Shown piece after piece: positions 1 to 9,015 of a stretch of 64,000 nt of DNA; position 1 is the first letter of the stretch, and each line of letters opens with the position of its first letter. The DNA lies in the NCBI GenBank assembly GCA_041640595.1, contig JBEPZY010000002.1, positions 38,532 through 102,531 of the forward strand, read 5' to 3'. The notes under the pieces are model-generated. The model made no database searches. It worked only from the letters and a program-made list of their open reading frames with translations, and had not been told where the DNA came from. Origin of the DNA: Gemmatales bacterium (lineage in GTDB: Bacteria > Planctomycetota > Planctomycetia > Gemmatales > HRBIN36). Position numbers and translations under genes: made by a program.

Positions 1-1527
1 ACAAGAGCGGCGGGCGTGAGCCCGCCGTGGTTCGGTGAACCGAGCGCTGTGCCGCGGAAACCACGCACTGTTCGGTGACCACGCGACGCAGGAACAAGAG
101 CGGCGGGCGTGAGCCCGCCGTGGGTCTGGTAACGCCATTGCAACGGTGTTCGCGTACAGACGGCCGGCGAGTCGTCCCTGCGCGACAATTGCGGTGTTGC
201 CGCTGCAAGCGCGTTTCTCGGAACCACGGCTGGCTCACACCAGCCGCTCCTGGCGCACGCACGCAGATGGTTGCAGAAAAGCGGTTGCGATTTGCAACGG
301 CGTTTTGTTTCCCACGGGGGGCTTACGCCCCCCCCGCTCTTGTTGCAGAGCGAACGTTTGCCGGCGAAAAACGATTTTTGCGATGCACGAACGCACATTC
401 GCAAGAGCGGCGGGCGTCAGCCCGCCGTGGGTATGAGTAACGCAACTGCGATTGTGGGCGCTTTCGTCCAACGGCGGGCGTCAGCCCGGCGCGGTATGTG
501 AGTAGCGCAATTGGAATTGCGGACGCTTTCGTCCGGGGACCAGCGTTAGCCCGCCGTTGGTCGGAAACTACGTTTGCGACGGCAACGCGCTGGATTTCCG
601 CGTTTCGAGTTCGCATACCGAGTACATCCCACGGGGGGCTTACGCCCCCCGCTCTTGGTGAACGGTGCCCGGTCGGTGAGGAAATGGGGATTTTTCGATG
701 CACGAACGCACATTCGCAAGAGCGGCGGGCGTGAGCCCGCCGTGGTTCGGTGAACCGAGCGCTGTGCCGCGGAAACCACGCGATGTTCAGCGACCATGCG
801 ACGCAGGAACAAGAGCGGCGGGCGTCAGCCCGCCGTGGTGTGGTAACGCCATTGCAATTGCGGACGCATTCGTCCAGCGACCGGCGTCAGCCCGCCGCCG
901 GTCGGAAACCGCGTTTGCAACCGCAACGCGCTGGATTTCCGCGTTTCGAGTTCGCATACCGAGTACATCCCACGGGGGGCTTACGCGCCCCCCGCTCCTG
1001 GTGCAGAGCGAACGTTTGCCGGTGAAAAAACGATTTTTGCGATGCAGGAACGCACGTTCACAAGAGCGGCGGGCGTGAGCCCGCCGTGCGTGTAAGGGAA
1101 GCGCACTTGCAGGAACGCTTCCGCAAAGTCGCGGGGGACTGCCGGCGGTGTGCTCGTGAACGCCGGCGCAGGCCCAGTAGCGAACCCACGGGGGGTTTAC
1201 GCCCCCCGCTCTTACGTTGCAGTGCGAGTGTTTGCCGGCGAAAAACGATTTTTGCGGTGCACGAACGCACATTCACAAGAGCGGCGGGCGTGAGCCCGCC
1301 GTGGTTCCGTGAACCGAGCGCTGTGCCGCGGAAACCAGGCACTGTTCGGTGACCACGCGACGCAGGAACAAGAGCGGCGGGCGTCAGCCCGCCGTGGGTG
1401 TGAGTAACGCAATTGCAACGGTGTTCGCGTAGAGACGGCCGACCGGTCGCCTCTGCGCCACAAATGCGAGCTAGCCGCTGCGAGCGTGCCTCCGAAACCA
1501 CGGTTGGCGCACGCCAGCCGCTCCTGG
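1..1527. repeat. REP/BIME-like mosaic array 1 (probably continues left of the window)
   Basis: More than a dozen copies, in both orientations, of a ~29-nt unit CA(A/G)GAG-CGGNNGGC-GT(G/C/A)A-GCCNNCCG-TGG (e.g. 2-30, 95-123, 402-430 forward; 224-252, 629-657, 1498-1526 reverse). Copies are separated by a small set of recurring 55-100 nt linkers. Confidence 0.9.
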
Positions 1528-1548
1528 GTGCACGGCGTGTGTTCGACC

Positions 1549-3201
1549 TTAGTTCACCGTGATGCCGGAGAGGGAGGGCATGGTGAAGGAGACGCCGGTA
1601 AGCGTCAGGCTCACCCCGTCGGCGTCTTTGATGCTGCTGCCCGAGGGGCGAAAGATTATGCTCTTTCCCGCACCCGCCGGCAGATACGGATTGAACGCTA
1701 TCCCATTCGTGTCATGATCGCTCGCTTGGATCGTGTAGCGGAAGACCAGCCGATTCGTGCCGCTGCCGGTCAGGTACGGCACATTGCGTACCGTCGAGCC
1801 GATGACAATCTGAATATAGGGCGTGCCGGTGACAAAGACCGGCTGGTTGAAGAAGAACTGGAAGGTGAGCACCTGGCCGGTGGTGTAGTGGCCATTGGCG
1901 GGAACCAGTATGGACGCGATACTGGCCGGGGCCGGCACATGGGCCCAGAGTTCGTTGCCAGTCGTGCCATCGTTGGCCCGGAAAAACAGCGTGCCGTTGA
2001 CGTTGGTGTGATAGTGAGGATAGGAGCCAGCCGTGCCCGGCCGGATGTCCTTGACCAGCACGGTGCCGGTGGACGTGCCATTGCTCTTCCAGAGTTCGAA
2101 GCCGTTCGTGCCCTCGTCGGCCGAGAAAAACAGCGTGCCGTTGACGTTGGAGAGAAAGGAAACATAGGAGCTAGCCGCGCCGGTCCGGATGTCCCTGACC
2201 AACACGGTGCCGGTGGACGTACCATTGCTCTTCCAGAGTTCGCGACCGTTGGTGCCATCGTTGGCCTGGAAAAACAGCGTGCCGTTGACGTTGGCGAACC
2301 AGGAAGGAAAGGAGTCAGCCGCGCCCGGCCGGATGTCCTTGACCAGCACGGTGCCGGTGGACGTGCCATTGCTTTTCCAGAGTTCGAAGCCATTCGTGCC
2401 ATCGTTGGCGTGGAAAAACAGCGTGCCGTTGACGTTGGTGAGTTCGCCAGGAGAGGAGCCAACCGCGCCGGTCTGGATGTCCTTGACCAGCACGGTGCCG
2501 GTGGACGTGCCATTGCTCTTCCAGAGTTCGTAGCCCTTTGTGCCATCGTTGGCCCCGAAAAACAGCGTGCCGTTGAAGTTGGTGAGAAAGAGAGGATAGG
2601 AGCCAGCCGTGCCCGGCCGGATGTCCTTGACCAGCACGGTGCCGGTGGAGGTGCCATTGCTTTTCCAGAGTTCGTAGCCCTTTGTGCCATCGTTGGCCTC
2701 GAAAAACAGCGTGCCGTTGACGTTGGTGAGAAACTCGGGATGGGAGCCAGCGGCGCCGGTCCGGATGTTCTTGACCAGCACGGTGCCGGTGGACGTGCCA
2801 TCGCTCTTCCAGAGTTCGTAGCCGCTTGTGCCATCGTTGGCGACGAAAAACAGCGTGCCGTTGACGTTGGTGAGACCGGAAGGATAGGAGCCAGCCGCGC
2901 CGGTCCGGATGTCCTTGACCAGCACGGTGCCGGTGGACGTGCCATTGCTCCTCCAGAGTTCGCTGCCGCTTGTGCCGTCGTCGGCGACGAAAAACAGCGT
3001 GCCGTTGACGTTGACGAAGTTACTCGGAAACGAACTGGAACTACCGGCAAAAATGTTGCGCACCAGGAACGTGGCCGGCACGGTGCGGTCTTCCAGTTGC
3101 TCGAAACCCAGCTGGGCCTTGTGAGATGGGCGGGACGGTTTCGGTTGCTCCGCCACCAATCCCAGACACATCCGCCACACGTTGAGCAGCCATTGGCGCA
3201 T
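1549..3201 (-). CDS. Exported ELWxxDGT-repeat (beta-propeller) protein with planctomycete LEDRxVPA N-terminal motif and C-terminal Ig-like domain
   Basis: 550-aa ORF; FEQLEDRTVPA motif; about 8 near-identical 48-aa repeats (NVNGTLFFxANDGTxGxELWKSNGTSTGTVLVKDI). Confidence 0.88.
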   Translation of the reverse strand: MRQWLLNVWRMCLGLVAEQPKPSRPSHKAQLGFEQLEDRTVPATFLVRNIFAGSSSSFPSNFVNVNGTLFFVADDGTSGSELWRSNGTSTGTVLVKDIRTGAAGSYPSGLTNVNGTLFFVANDGTSGYELWKSDGTSTGTVLVKNIRTGAAGSHPEFLTNVNGTLFFEANDGTKGYELWKSNGTSTGTVLVKDIRPGTAGSYPLFLTNFNGTLFFGANDGTKGYELWKSNGTSTGTVLVKDIQTGAVGSSPGELTNVNGTLFFHANDGTNGFELWKSNGTSTGTVLVKDIRPGAADSFPSWFANVNGTLFFQANDGTNGRELWKSNGTSTGTVLVRDIRTGAASSYVSFLSNVNGTLFFSADEGTNGFELWKSNGTSTGTVLVKDIRPGTAGSYPHYHTNVNGTLFFRANDGTTGNELWAHVPAPASIASILVPANGHYTTGQVLTFQFFFNQPVFVTGTPYIQIVIGSTVRNVPYLTGSGTNRLVFRYTIQASDHDTNGIAFNPYLPAGAGKSIIFRPSGSSIKDADGVSLTLTGVSFTMPSLSGITVN

Positions 3202-3561
3202 AGCGGGCTCCTTACGGTTGCCGCGACCTGGGAACTGTACTTGCTGGCAGGCAATACGGTCTCAGGTTCGCGCTGCGGTTTTGCTGGTAGTCGAAAATCC
3301 GTTGGCCGTGCTCCGGGCCGGTAACCAGCCAGCGCATTCCCAGGTGCATTCGCCAGCGCTGTGTGCACCTCGCCAGCGTTACCGAGCCGGTGCATGCGAC
3401 GGATACCCATACCGCGTGGCAACGGGCTGCAGATGCCAGGACAACCGGAAAGGAGAGCAGGAATGGCTGCAGAGGGCCAGCGATTCTCACCCGCCCGGCC
3501 AGTTGGATGACAGCCGTGGCTCGATGCCAGGTTCGATCTTACCAGACCCGCCAGCCACCGG

Positions 3562-3972
3562 CAAGCAAAAACTGGCGATGAGTCAGAAGTTGCGGCCGCC
3601 TTCGGGCGGCGAACGACCGAGTATGAGTTGGGCCATCAAACAAAAAACTGGGCATGGGTCAGAACTTGCGGCCGCCTTCGCCCCGCTAACGACCGAGTAT
3701 CAGCTCGGCCGTCAAACAAAAAACTGGGCATGGGTCAGAAGTGGAGGCCGGCTTCGGCAAAAATTGGTGTTGCGGCCATGATTCGAACGCATGGGATGAG
3801 TCAGAACTTGCGGCCGCCTTCGGCCCACTAACGACCGAGTATCAGCTCGGCCGTCAAACAAAAAACTGGGCATGGGTCAGAAGTTGACGGCAATACAAAT
3901 TTCGACTTAATGAAGGCAGTGTTTATGCAACGCCACAAATAAGTCAGAAGTTGAGGGCAATACAGATTTCGA
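3562..3972. repeat. Tandem array of 66-76 bp units anchored on GTCAGAA(G/C)T
   Basis: Anchor at 3582, 3658, 3734, 3800, 3876 and 3943. Units 1, 2 and 4 are nearly identical; units 5 and 6 share a different tail (GGCAATACA.ATTTCGAC). Confidence 0.85.
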
Positions 3973-4067
3973 CGCCGGGCTCACCTCCGGATAGTGCGGT
4001 CATCGGACCGGCAGCACGTCGTTCGCCCACCGACGACTGCCGAATCACGAGCGGCGGGTGTTGGCAA

Positions 4068-6773
4068 TCAGCCCCAGGTTACCAGGCCGAAACTGAGCGG
4101 ATTGATGGGATTTTTCGGTTTGGGTAACACACGTACGGCAAAGCCGTGCTGGCCGCTGGTCTGGCACAGCAGATAACCGACGTAGAGATGGCGTCCGTCT
4201 CCTTTGCTGCCACTGTGGGCCATGCTCACCGTCTGCGGTGCGGGAATCTCCCCGAGTGAATCCACCCGGCCGTGATAAAGTTGCACCTCGACATCGTCGG
4301 GGGAAAGCGGCCCGAGATGGACTAAAGCTTGCACCTCGATTTCCTGGCCGACGGCGATGTTTTCGAGATGGTCAGCTTCGACGTTTTCGACGCGTATGGC
4401 CGACCAGTTTTCGAGTATGCGACGACGCCAGCGGGCAAGCTGACGAGCCGGCTCAAGATTTTCCCCGCCCAGTTCCGCATAGTGCAACCAGGCCGGCCAG
4501 TAACAGCGCTCCATATACTCCTGCAGCATGCGATGCGTGTTAAACACCGGCGTGATCGTCTGCATAGACCGTTTCATCATGCGAATCCAGCCGCGGGGTA
4601 AACCGTCACTACCGCGGTTGTAAAAGAGCGGCACGATCTCCTGCTCGAGCAGGTCGTAGATCGCGCGGCTCTCGACTTCGTCCTGATAGTTGAGGTCGGT
4701 GTATTCCTCGCCGGCACCGATGGCCCAGCCGTTATCGGTCTGGTAGCCCTCACACCACCAGCCGTCGAGGATACTCAGGTTCAACCCGCCGTTGACGGCG
4801 ACCTTCATGCCACTTGTACCGGAAGCCTCGAGAGGCCGGCGAGGATTGTTGAGCCAGACATCCACGCCCTGCACCAGCGTGCGGGCCAGGCTGTAATCGT
4901 AGTCCTCCAGAAACACGATCCGCCGGCGAAACTCCGGTCGCCGTGCCACGTGCACGATCTGGGCGATTAACTCCTTGCCGCCGTGGTCGCGGGGATGGGC
5001 TTTGCCGGCAAAAATGATCTGCACCGGTCGGTCTTTGTTGTTGAGGATTTTTTCCAGCCGTTCGAGGTTGCGGAGGATCAGGGTGGCGCGTTTGTACGTG
5101 GCGAAGCGACGTGCAAAACCGATGGTAAGTGCTTCCGGATCAAGTACTTCATCGGCACGCGCGATTTCGCCGGGCGGAGCACCGCGTCGGCGTAACTGCC
5201 ATTTCAACCGCTGCCGGGCAACGATCACCAGCCGTTCACGTCGCCGTTCATGCGTCCGCCACAGTTCGGCATCTGGAATGTTCTCGACCCGTTTCCAGAT
5301 GCTATGGTCCGCCAGACGGTTTCGCCAATCCAGGCCGAGATAACGTTCGAACAGCAGATTCATGTCGCGGCTGACCCAGGTCGGCGTGTGTACCCCGTTG
5401 GTGATGGAGATAATCGGGACCTCGTTTTCCGGCAGTTGTGGCCACAGTCCGTGCCACATCCGCCGTGCCACTTTGCCATGAAGCTGACTCACGCCGTTAC
5501 TGATATGGGCGAGTTTGAGGGCGAGGATGGCCATGCTGAACGGTTCATTGGGATCATGGGGATTTTGGCGACCCAGGGCCAGCAATTGCTGCCGGTCGAT
5601 TTTCAACCGCCCCAGATAGGCGGAGAGGTAATGTTCGACCAATCCCGGCGGAAACAGGTCAATACCAGCCGGAACCGGAGTATGGGTGGTGAAGACGTTG
5701 CCGGCGGTAACCCATTCCCGCGCTTCCTCGAAACTCAGGCCGTATTTCTCCATCGCCAGGTGAATGCGCTCCAGTGCCAGAAAGGCCGAGTGGCCTTCGT
5801 TCATGTGGCAAACACTGGGCGGGATGCCCAGAGCATACAGGGCCCGCAATCCGCCGATGCCCAGCACCATTTCCTGGCGAATCCGCATGTCCTGATCCCC
5901 GCCGTACAGGTAGCCGGTGATCTCCCGGTCGGCGGGACTGTTCTGCGGCACATTGGTATCCAGCAGATACAGCGAAACACGCCCCACCTGAATCCGCCAG
6001 ATGCGTGCATAGACCTCGCGGTCGGGAAACGGAATGGAAACGAGAATGGGCCGTCCCTGCTTATCCAGTTCGGGAATGACCGGCAGGTTGAAGAAATCGT
6101 TTTCCGGATACATCTCCTGCTGCCAGCCGTCCACGTTGAGGTACTGGCGAAAATATCCCATGCGGTACATCAACCCGACACCAACCAGCGGCAGCCCGAG
6201 GTCGCTGGCCGACTTGAGGTGATCGCCGGCCAGCACACCGAGTCCGCCGGAATATACCGGCAGGCTTTCGTGCAGACCAAACTCCATGCTGAAATAGGCG
6301 ATGCGAAATTCGGCTTTGCCGAAATCGGCATGTCGAGCGTAGATGTCCGCCTGAGCTGGAACGGGACGGTTGCTGTCGTCCGGAGTAGAAGGATGAGCTG
6401 GGTCTGAATCGCGGGAGGATGCCTGACCGTCAGTAACTGGTGCCTGACTCGCCGCCAGCCGCCGCTTGTACGTCTCCTCATACCAGGTCGGAGCACGGAG
6501 GTACTCGTGGAAAGCATGCACCACCCGCTCCAGATGCGCCATGAACCCTTCGTCGTGAGCCAGCTCTTCAAAACGCCGCTGGTCAATCACGCCCAGCAAT
6601 TTGACGGCACTATGCTCGACTTCCTCGAAGACTCGTTCGTCAATGCGGCGAAAGAGTTGCACCGCGTCCGGGTTCCACGTCCACCACAAGTTGTAGGCGA
6701 GCTCTCGCAAGGGCTGGAGCGCTTCGGGTAGTCGCGGCGCCACCGCGAAAGTTCGCAAGGGTATGCCGGTCAT
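4068..6773 (-). CDS. glgP: Alpha-glucan (glycogen/maltodextrin) phosphorylase
   Basis: Motifs AYFSMEFG, YSGGLGVLAGD, HMNEGH, GFARRFATYKR, and the PLP site EASGTSGMK. Confidence 0.96.
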   Translation of the reverse strand: MTGIPLRTFAVAPRLPEALQPLRELAYNLWWTWNPDAVQLFRRIDERVFEEVEHSAVKLLGVIDQRRFEELAHDEGFMAHLERVVHAFHEYLRAPTWYEETYKRRLAASQAPVTDGQASSRDSDPAHPSTPDDSNRPVPAQADIYARHADFGKAEFRIAYFSMEFGLHESLPVYSGGLGVLAGDHLKSASDLGLPLVGVGLMYRMGYFRQYLNVDGWQQEMYPENDFFNLPVIPELDKQGRPILVSIPFPDREVYARIWRIQVGRVSLYLLDTNVPQNSPADREITGYLYGGDQDMRIRQEMVLGIGGLRALYALGIPPSVCHMNEGHSAFLALERIHLAMEKYGLSFEEAREWVTAGNVFTTHTPVPAGIDLFPPGLVEHYLSAYLGRLKIDRQQLLALGRQNPHDPNEPFSMAILALKLAHISNGVSQLHGKVARRMWHGLWPQLPENEVPIISITNGVHTPTWVSRDMNLLFERYLGLDWRNRLADHSIWKRVENIPDAELWRTHERRRERLVIVARQRLKWQLRRRGAPPGEIARADEVLDPEALTIGFARRFATYKRATLILRNLERLEKILNNKDRPVQIIFAGKAHPRDHGGKELIAQIVHVARRPEFRRRIVFLEDYDYSLARTLVQGVDVWLNNPRRPLEASGTSGMKVAVNGGLNLSILDGWWCEGYQTDNGWAIGAGEEYTDLNYQDEVESRAIYDLLEQEIVPLFYNRGSDGLPRGWIRMMKRSMQTITPVFNTHRMLQEYMERCYWPAWLHYAELGGENLEPARQLARWRRRILENWSAIRVENVEADHLENIAVGQEIEVQALVHLGPLSPDDVEVQLYHGRVDSLGEIPAPQTVSMAHSGSKGDGRHLYVGYLLCQTSGQHGFAVRVLPKPKNPINPLSFGLVTWG

Positions 6774-7691
6774 GGACTCTTTCCTGCTGGACGAGTTGGC
6801 TTCGCCTTCAGCTCCCCGCCACCTCGGGGGCAGTCAGGCAGCGCACCTAAAATTGTACCTCGCCAACGGACTCGTTGCTGCCAGGCCTTTCCGAGCCGGT
6901 CTGCAATTTCAGAAAGCCCCGCCCAAGTATAAATTCTGCCAGCACCGCGTCCATGCCGTTCACCAGCAGCGATACGCCAGCATCGGAGATTAGGGCGTGA
7001 AAATCCGTTACCCACCGACTTCGGCGGTTTCCTTGCGTCCGCAATCGGCTATTTAACCACGCGTCGCGATCGCTCGCTGGGGAGAATCTCCGCTACACGC
7101 GATTCGCGTAACCTCGCGGCACGTTTCGAGCAATCGGATTACGTCCGGTCTTCGCCGGCAGCGAAACAGCAACCATCGGCTGAACAACACCCGCTACCAT
7201 CACCCGCGTCGCACAACGAGCGTGGTGCAAAGCCGGATCCGTCCGTGGAACCATTTGGCTGAAAATGGGCCGATGTTCAATAATGGTAACATCATTATGG
7301 CGCAGAGCCGAACCGGTCGGTAGGACTATCTGGCTCCCTGCTGGCGTTGCCTCTGTCGCGCAACAGGCCGCGGGCTGCTGTGAGCCTGCAGGAAGAAAAA
7401 TCGGCCGCGATAGTTTTGTCATTGGTTATAATCCTTCAGGTGCCCGCGAAGCTGGAGCGAGGTTGACAGACTCTGGCGGAGGTGATGGTCGGTAAACCGG
7501 CAACGCTGGGCAGATGGTCGAAACCTACGCTGGGCGGGAAAGCAGGCAAGTGCTCGCGGTCTAGCTGCGCGGCTTGTCGGAACTGGCTGCGTGGGCAGAG
7601 CGTGCTACCAGATCACGCTCGCATTTCAGGCTATGGCTGGCAATGAACATCGCCTCTCAGCTTTCCGCGACTTATCAGGGGGATCGTTATC

Positions 7692-8393
7692 ATGGCCCGT
7701 GAAGCATTCATCCGGAGCGTCTGGAGGGCGCACCGACTGCTAGTTCGTCCCAGGGTATCGGTTGATGGCCCGAATCTGGATCCGGAAAAACTGGTGAAAG
7801 TTGTCGCAAAGGCGGACGTGTGGCTTACGCCTAACCTGCTCGAAGACTTCAAGCCGCAGGATTTCGCCGACGCTTCTCCGGAACAAAGAGCAGCCTTACA
7901 AAGGGCAGTAGAACAGTTCCAGGAAATAGCCCGTCAGGTACCCCCATCTGGTCCGGCCACGAAGAGACAGGCTCGCCTGGGCCGACGGTATTTGCTAACA
8001 GTTATCGAGGTTCTGCGACAAATCCTCCTGCCGGAATGGCTCGGTGCCCTCGAAAAGTTGTGTGGCGAGGTCGAAGAATGGGCAACTCGCCGGGATTGGG
8101 CTGTGAAACGCGATAAAAAGCATCTGAGCGAACCGCTACTTGGAGATTACTCTGCCCCCCGGCTACTGATTCACACACTCGAGGCTCGGCTGCTACTCGA
8201 CCCGATAACGCGTTTTGCTGCCGGTGCCGAAGGGCTGGCGGAGTTATGCGTCTTGCCGTCCTATGATTCGGCTCAAATCCTGCGGCACCGCAACCGCTGG
8301 TACATCCGCTTGCCGGACGCAGATAGCCGCTCTCAGATGCTTTCTGAAGCGACCTTCGTGAAAACCGTCCGGCAGTTGTTGAAGAGTTTATGA
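7692..8393 (+). CDS. Hypothetical protein (233 aa), putative partner of the downstream HEPN-like protein
   Basis: Clean ORF with a purine-rich RBS (AGGGGGA) upstream; protein-like composition; no motif recognised. Confidence 0.7.
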   Translation: MAREAFIRSVWRAHRLLVRPRVSVDGPNLDPEKLVKVVAKADVWLTPNLLEDFKPQDFADASPEQRAALQRAVEQFQEIARQVPPSGPATKRQARLGRRYLLTVIEVLRQILLPEWLGALEKLCGEVEEWATRRDWAVKRDKKHLSEPLLGDYSAPRLLIHTLEARLLLDPITRFAAGAEGLAELCVLPSYDSAQILRHRNRWYIRLPDADSRSQMLSEATFVKTVRQLLKSL

Positions 8394-8454
8394 GCAGCGC
8401 GGGCAATTTTTAGCATTGCACGTTTAGCTGGTCGCACGCCGTACCCTCCAATTT

Positions 8455-8898
8455 ATGAGTAAACGACAGCAACTCTTAGAGCGAATCAAAGCAGTGGAGC
8501 GCGAGTACCTGGTCATTAAGCAGGCGGTGCAAGAAGCTTTGTCTCGCAATCCCTCGCCGCTGCGTTCCGTCGGGCTGGAGTATGCCAATTTCCGACAGAT
8601 ACTGGAAAACTTAGAAGCCACATACATTGTCCGCTTGTTTGCCGTATTCGAAGCGGGCGTGCGAGAGGTGTGGGCGAACCGCTACAGAAGGCGAACTGCA
8701 CCGCCGATGGAAGTTTTGTTAGATTCGCTGGCAGCACGCCGCAACATCCCCCAGGAACATCTGACCAATGCTCATGCCATCCGCCAATACCGTAATGCCT
8801 TGCTTCATCAGGCTAGCGACGACATCGTGCCGATAACTATTGCCCAGGCACGCAGGTGTTTGTGCACGTTCTTTAGTTTTATGCCCGACCGTTGGTAG
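8455..8898 (+). CDS. HEPN-like protein (putative RNase toxin)
   Basis: 147-aa helical-looking ORF with N-terminal YIVRLFAVFEAGVRE segment and C-terminal RNALLH (Rx4H), the HEPN catalytic signature. Confidence 0.68.
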   Translation: MSKRQQLLERIKAVEREYLVIKQAVQEALSRNPSPLRSVGLEYANFRQILENLEATYIVRLFAVFEAGVREVWANRYRRRTAPPMEVLLDSLAARRNIPQEHLTNAHAIRQYRNALLHQASDDIVPITIAQARRCLCTFFSFMPDRW

Positions 8899-9015
8899 GA
8901 AGCTCGCATCCGCCCCAAAGCGTTTATCTGCCCGGTGCAATCCACTGTGGACGCCAGCGCGTCCGGGCAACTGCCTGGTTGAGCACAGGGATACGAAAAC
9001 CAGCCGAAGTGAAGC

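Noticed and set aside
1..1527. CRISPR array interpretation of the REP arrays (also 15.7-17.1, 20.6-22.2, 30.9-31.9 and 36.9-37.4 kb)
   Set aside because: Repeats occur in both orientations, the intervening sequences are 55-100 nt and themselves repeated, and no cas genes are present.
1950..3070. Diversity-generating retroelement as the cause of repeat hypervariability (also considered for the LRR genes)
   Set aside because: Variable codons (CGG, TCG, CAG, GGG, GAG) do not fit adenine-specific mutagenesis of AAY codons, and no reverse transcriptase or TR/VR pair is visible.
1486..3324. 612-aa plus-strand ORF and the alternative-frame 1770-3422 ORF over the ELWxxDGT gene
   Set aside because: Shadow ORFs caused by a stop-free 144-bp repeat; the minus-strand frame has the recognisable export motif and family repeats.
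6774..7690. Possible ncRNA or small gene in the 900-bp gap upstream of the HEPN-like module
   Set aside because: No recognisable RNA motif, long hairpin or credible ORF found by eye.
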